Of a stretch of DNA of 64,000 bases, positions 62,310 through 64,000 are shown in pieces; position 1 is the stretch's first letter, and each line of letters starts with the position of its first letter. The notes below the pieces were generated by a model. The model saw only the letters and a program-made list of their open reading frames with translations. It did not search any database and was not told where the DNA came from. The position numbers and the translations under genes are program-made. Source of the stretch: an uncultured Gammaproteobacteria bacterium. GTDB taxonomy: Bacteria; Patescibacteriota; Patescibacteriia; Magasanikbacterales; JBBTXJ01. The stretch is taken from contig CAZSVL010000003.1 in assembly GCA_964610305.1 (NCBI GenBank), positions 13,122 to 77,121 of the forward strand, given 5' to 3'.

Positions 62310-62317
62310 GAGAGAGG

Positions 62318-62410
62318 AAGAGGGACTGGGATTCGAACCCAGGGAGCATCTTTTTAGGACGCCCAACGGTTTTCAAGACCGCCGCCTTCGACCAACTCGG
62401 CCACCCCTCC
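62318..62410 (-). tRNA. tRNA-Ser (anticodon TGA), type II
   Basis: GGAGGGG-TG-GCC...GCGGT-CTTGAAA-ACCGT + long variable arm + CTGGG-TTCGAAT-CCCAG-TCCCTCT-T. Confidence 0.7.
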
Positions 62411-62414
62411 AGAG

Positions 62415-62485
62415 CTCCGGAACTAGGATTCGAACCTAGATAATAAGATCCAAAGTCTTACGTCCTGCCGTTAGACGATTCCGGA
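62415..62485 (-). tRNA. tRNA-Gln (anticodon TTG)
   Basis: TCCGGAA-TC-GTCT...TAAGA-CTTTGGA-TCTTA...CTAGG-TTCGAAT-CCTAG-TTCCGGA-G. Confidence 0.75.
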
Positions 62486-62503
62486 ATAAGGTGGTAAGAA
62501 AGG

Positions 62504-62577
62504 GGCCGGAGATCGGAATCGAACCGATGACCTGCGGGTTACAAATCCGCTGCTCTACCTAACTGAGCTAATCCGGC
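62504..62577 (-). tRNA. tRNA-Thr (anticodon TGT)
   Basis: GCCGGAT-TA-GCTC-AGTTAGGTA-GAGC-A-GCGGA-TTTGTAA-CCCGC-AGGTC-ATCGG-TTCGATT-CCGAT-CTCCGGC-C. Confidence 0.65.
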
Positions 62578-62582
62578 AAAAG

Positions 62583-62656
62583 TACGCCACCTAGGATTTG
62601 AACCTAGGACCTCTGGCTCCGCAAGCCAACGCTCTGTCCAACTGAGCTAGTGGCGC
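62583..62656 (-). tRNA. tRNA-Arg (anticodon GCG)
   Basis: GCGCCAC-TA-GCTC-AGTTGGACA-GAGC-G-TTGGC-TTGCGGA-GCCAG-AGGTC-CTAGG-TTCAAAT-CCTAG-GTGGCGT-A. Confidence 0.65.
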
Positions 62657-62657
62657 G

Positions 62658-62729
62658 CAGGCGGGGGAGGATTTGAACCTCCAGTCCAGGATTTGGAATC
62701 CTGTGGTTTGCCAATTAACCGACCCACCC
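62658..62729 (-). tRNA. tRNA-Trp (anticodon CCA)
   Basis: GGGTGGG-TC-GGTT-AATTGGCA-AACC-A-CAGGA-TTCCAAA-TCCTG-GACTG-GAGG-TTCAAAT-CCTC-CCCGCCT-G. Confidence 0.7.
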
Positions 62730-62733
62730 AAAG

Positions 62734-62807
62734 TCCCCGGAGGTGGAGTTGAACCACCGACCTTTGGCATATCAGACCATTGCTCTAACCAACTGAGCTA
62801 CCCGGGA
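62734..62807 (-). tRNA. tRNA-Ile (anticodon GAT)
   Basis: TCCCGGG-TA-GCTC-AGTTGGTTA-GAGC-A-ATGGT-CTGATAT-GCCAA-AGGTC-GGTGG-TTCAACT-CCACC-TCCGGGG-A. Confidence 0.7.
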
Positions 62808-62813
62808 GTAAAG

Positions 62814-62898
62814 TAGGCGAGGTGGGACTTGAACCCACACGTCATAAGACACTGGAACCTAAACCCAGCGCGTCTGCCAAATGTTCCGCCACTCGCCC
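62814..62898 (-). tRNA. tRNA-Leu (anticodon TAG), type II
   Basis: GGGCGAG-TG-GCGG...CTGGG-TTTAGGT-TCCAG-TGTCTTATGACGT-GTGGG-TTCAAGT-CCCAC-CTCGCCT-A. Confidence 0.75.
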
Positions 62899-62903
62899 TT
62901 ATT

Positions 62904-63086
62904 TTATTTCCACTGTCTTTTGCGCAGCTTTTTCCAGCTTTTGCTACGGCTTGATCGTGACTCGTTCTCAAATGAGTGCGGCTTGCAAAAAGAGCACTTA
63001 CCTGTCTTCTGAGAAATGACACCACGCCGCGCTTGGTTGTAAATCCTGCTTTCCGTTGCGCCGTCCATGATCTTCTTGAAGCTCAT
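62904..63086 (-). CDS. Small basic hypothetical protein (60 aa) embedded in the tRNA array
   Basis: Strong ribosome-binding site AGGAGA, 5 nt, then ATG. MSFKKIMDGATESRIYNQARRGVISQKTGKCSFCKPHSF... has no family assignment. Confidence 0.4.
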   Translation of the reverse strand: MSFKKIMDGATESRIYNQARRGVISQKTGKCSFCKPHSFENESRSSRSKSWKKLRKRQWK

Positions 63087-63103
63087 TTCTATCTCCTAAG
63101 AAG

Positions 63104-63176
63104 TACGCCATGGAGGATTCGAACCTCCGACCAGTGGGTTAGAAATCCACTGCTCTGTCCCCTGAGCTAATGGCGC
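63104..63176 (-). tRNA. tRNA-Arg (anticodon TCT), intact
   Basis: GCGCCAT-TA-GCTC-AGGGGACA-GAGC-A-GTGGA-TTTCTAA-CCCAC-TGGTC-GGAGG-TTCGAAT-CCTCC-ATGGCGT-A. Confidence 0.75.
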
Positions 63177-63247
63177 ATAGTGCTTTCGCAAAGCTGCTGC
63201 TAAATGCCCGGCGCAGGGATCTGACGACCCCTGCGCCTGGGCTTGCG

Positions 63248-63700
63248 TTAGGCGCTCATGATCTGTTCTTGGCTCCAGAGTGAATCTGGTGTAAAGAACT
63301 GATCTGCAGGCAAGCGGCCTTTCTGGTACTGCTGTGCCTCAGGTGAATCCGGCGGGTATTCCGTAAGTGCGGTAAACACGCACGGGCCGGAAGACCAAGG
63401 TGCGGCTTGCACCGCTTCAAAGAGTACACGTCCCAAAGGGAAGGTAAACTTTGAAAGCGTCACAAGTGAATCTGCGCCACATTGCTCTGCTTCATCGCAC
63501 GGCAGCGCAAAGGGATCTAGCCAGCTGTAGCCTCCCTCCTGATGAAGAACCGTGCTCTTGTAGAGCAGTCGGTCCTCCTGAGGCTCTCTTGTGCCGTCCG
63601 GAAAAATCCGGACTACTTGCTCGGTACACCAGTGCACCTGCTCGCCTGCCACGAGCTCTTGGGCTTTTTGGGTAAGCCCGAACCACTGCGTTGCGCGCAT
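63248..63700 (-). CDS. Hypothetical protein (GC-rich)
   Basis: 150-aa ORF with composition atypical for the window. No family recognised. Confidence 0.4.
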   Translation of the reverse strand: MRATQWFGLTQKAQELVAGEQVHWCTEQVVRIFPDGTREPQEDRLLYKSTVLHQEGGYSWLDPFALPCDEAEQCGADSLVTLSKFTFPLGRVLFEAVQAAPWSSGPCVFTALTEYPPDSPEAQQYQKGRLPADQFFTPDSLWSQEQIMSA

Positions 63701-63810
63701 GCGTCCTCCTTTGCTGGCGCTTCTTCTCTGAGAATTTCATGCTAGGTTATCTCTAGCTAACCAACATGAAGGACGCTGCTTTTGTGCTTTGGAGCACAAG
63801 TATCCCCAAC

Positions 63811-63830
63811 CGGATTTGCCCTGCACTACA
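63811..63830 (-). pseudogene. Fragment of the tRNA-Glu 3' end (about 20 bp) followed by a 9-bp-stem hairpin
   Basis: tatccccaaccggatttgcc versus tatccccaaggggatttgaacc of the intact gene. Then the hairpin CACCCTGAAcctttatggTTCAGGGTG. Confidence 0.5.
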
Positions 63831-63891
63831 AGAGTGCGGGGCACCCTGAACCTTTATGGTTCAGGGTGAACCCTGAGAAAGTATCCCCAAG

Positions 63892-63966
63892 GGGATTTGA
63901 ACCCCTGTTGCCAGCTTGAAAGGCTGGCGTCCTAGGCCGTACTAGACGATGGGGACTAAAGTAGCG
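63892..63966 (-). tRNA. tRNA-Glu (anticodon TTC)
   Basis: GTCCCCATCGTCTAGTACGGCCTAGGAC-GCCAGC-CTTTCAA-GCTGGC...GGGG-TTCAAAT-CCCC-TTGGGGAT-A. Confidence 0.75.
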
Positions 63967-63971
63967 GGAAC

Positions 63972-64000
63972 CGGATTTGAACCGGCGACCTCTGGGGTAT
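63972..64000 (-). tRNA. tRNA 3' portion (T-arm GCCGG-TTCAAAT-CCGGT, acceptor TCCCGCT-A). The gene continues beyond the window edge.
   Basis: Reverse complement of the window end reads ...GGTCGCCGGTTCAAATCCGGTTCCCGCTAC. Confidence 0.5.

Noticed and set aside
60500-63100. Numerous 60-100-aa ORFs on both strands across the tRNA array (e.g. 60502..60798, 60957..61196, 61621..61809, 61827..62060, 62798..63025)
   Set aside because: They are built from concatenated tRNA sequences (G/R/P-rich translations). Every one overlaps confidently read tRNA cloverleaves.

Overview
Read by eye, this window looks like a low-GC, compact bacterial genome with CPR/Patescibacteria-like features (for example rpoB followed directly by rpoC). 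The core housekeeping genes are confident calls: rpsF-ssb-rpsR, efp, recA, a rodZ-like gene, ftsK, rpoB-rpoC, glmS, yebC, ruvC, ruvB, class II B12-dependent nrdJ, a PduO-type adenosyltransferase, guaB, nth and mscS. A glycan-assembly and oxidative-folding cluster (wzx, a wzy/O-antigen-ligase-like gene, VKOR and a thioredoxin-like gene) and a SpoIID-like gene are also clear.

The most unusual content is RNA-level:
- tmRNA (ssrA) lies at 58223-58585 on the minus strand and encodes the tag ANTDAESVALAA. It sits in a GC-rich block of hypothetical genes next to an array of at least 25 minus-strand tRNA genes (60.5-64 kb). Many of these duplicate tRNAs found elsewhere in the window, which resembles a mobile or phage-derived tRNA array.
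- Three tRNAs (Tyr-GTA, Val-TAC and an Arg-TCT copy) carry homologous, highly structured 70-73-nt insertions at the same T-loop position (54/55), with compensatory stem changes between copies.
- A 44-50-nt twin-hairpin element interrupts the D-stem (11/12) of a Gly-TCC copy and the Arg-TCT copy. The same element lies upstream of tRNA-Ala and tRNA-Arg(CCG), flanked by duplicated tRNA 5' segments.
- A tRNA-Phe(GAA) contains a 218-nt group I intron in its anticodon loop, with a LAGLIDADG-like homing-endonuclease gene immediately downstream.
- A family of GTCAT...ATGAC hairpin repeats (at least 11 copies) is scattered through intergenic regions, with one copy in-frame inside a CDS.
- A four-helix-bundle-protein cassette flanked by perfect 24-bp inverted repeats splits the yebC-ruvC pair.
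- A roughly 380-nt promoter-to-terminator unit with no ORF (34305-34688) is a candidate ncRNA of unknown identity.
- An IS110-like recombinase homologue has a long 5' noncoding leader.
- A tandem pair of paralogous two-transmembrane, coiled-coil proteins follows rpoBC.

All tRNA, intron and ncRNA calls were made by eye and should be confirmed with tRNAscan-SE and Infernal.
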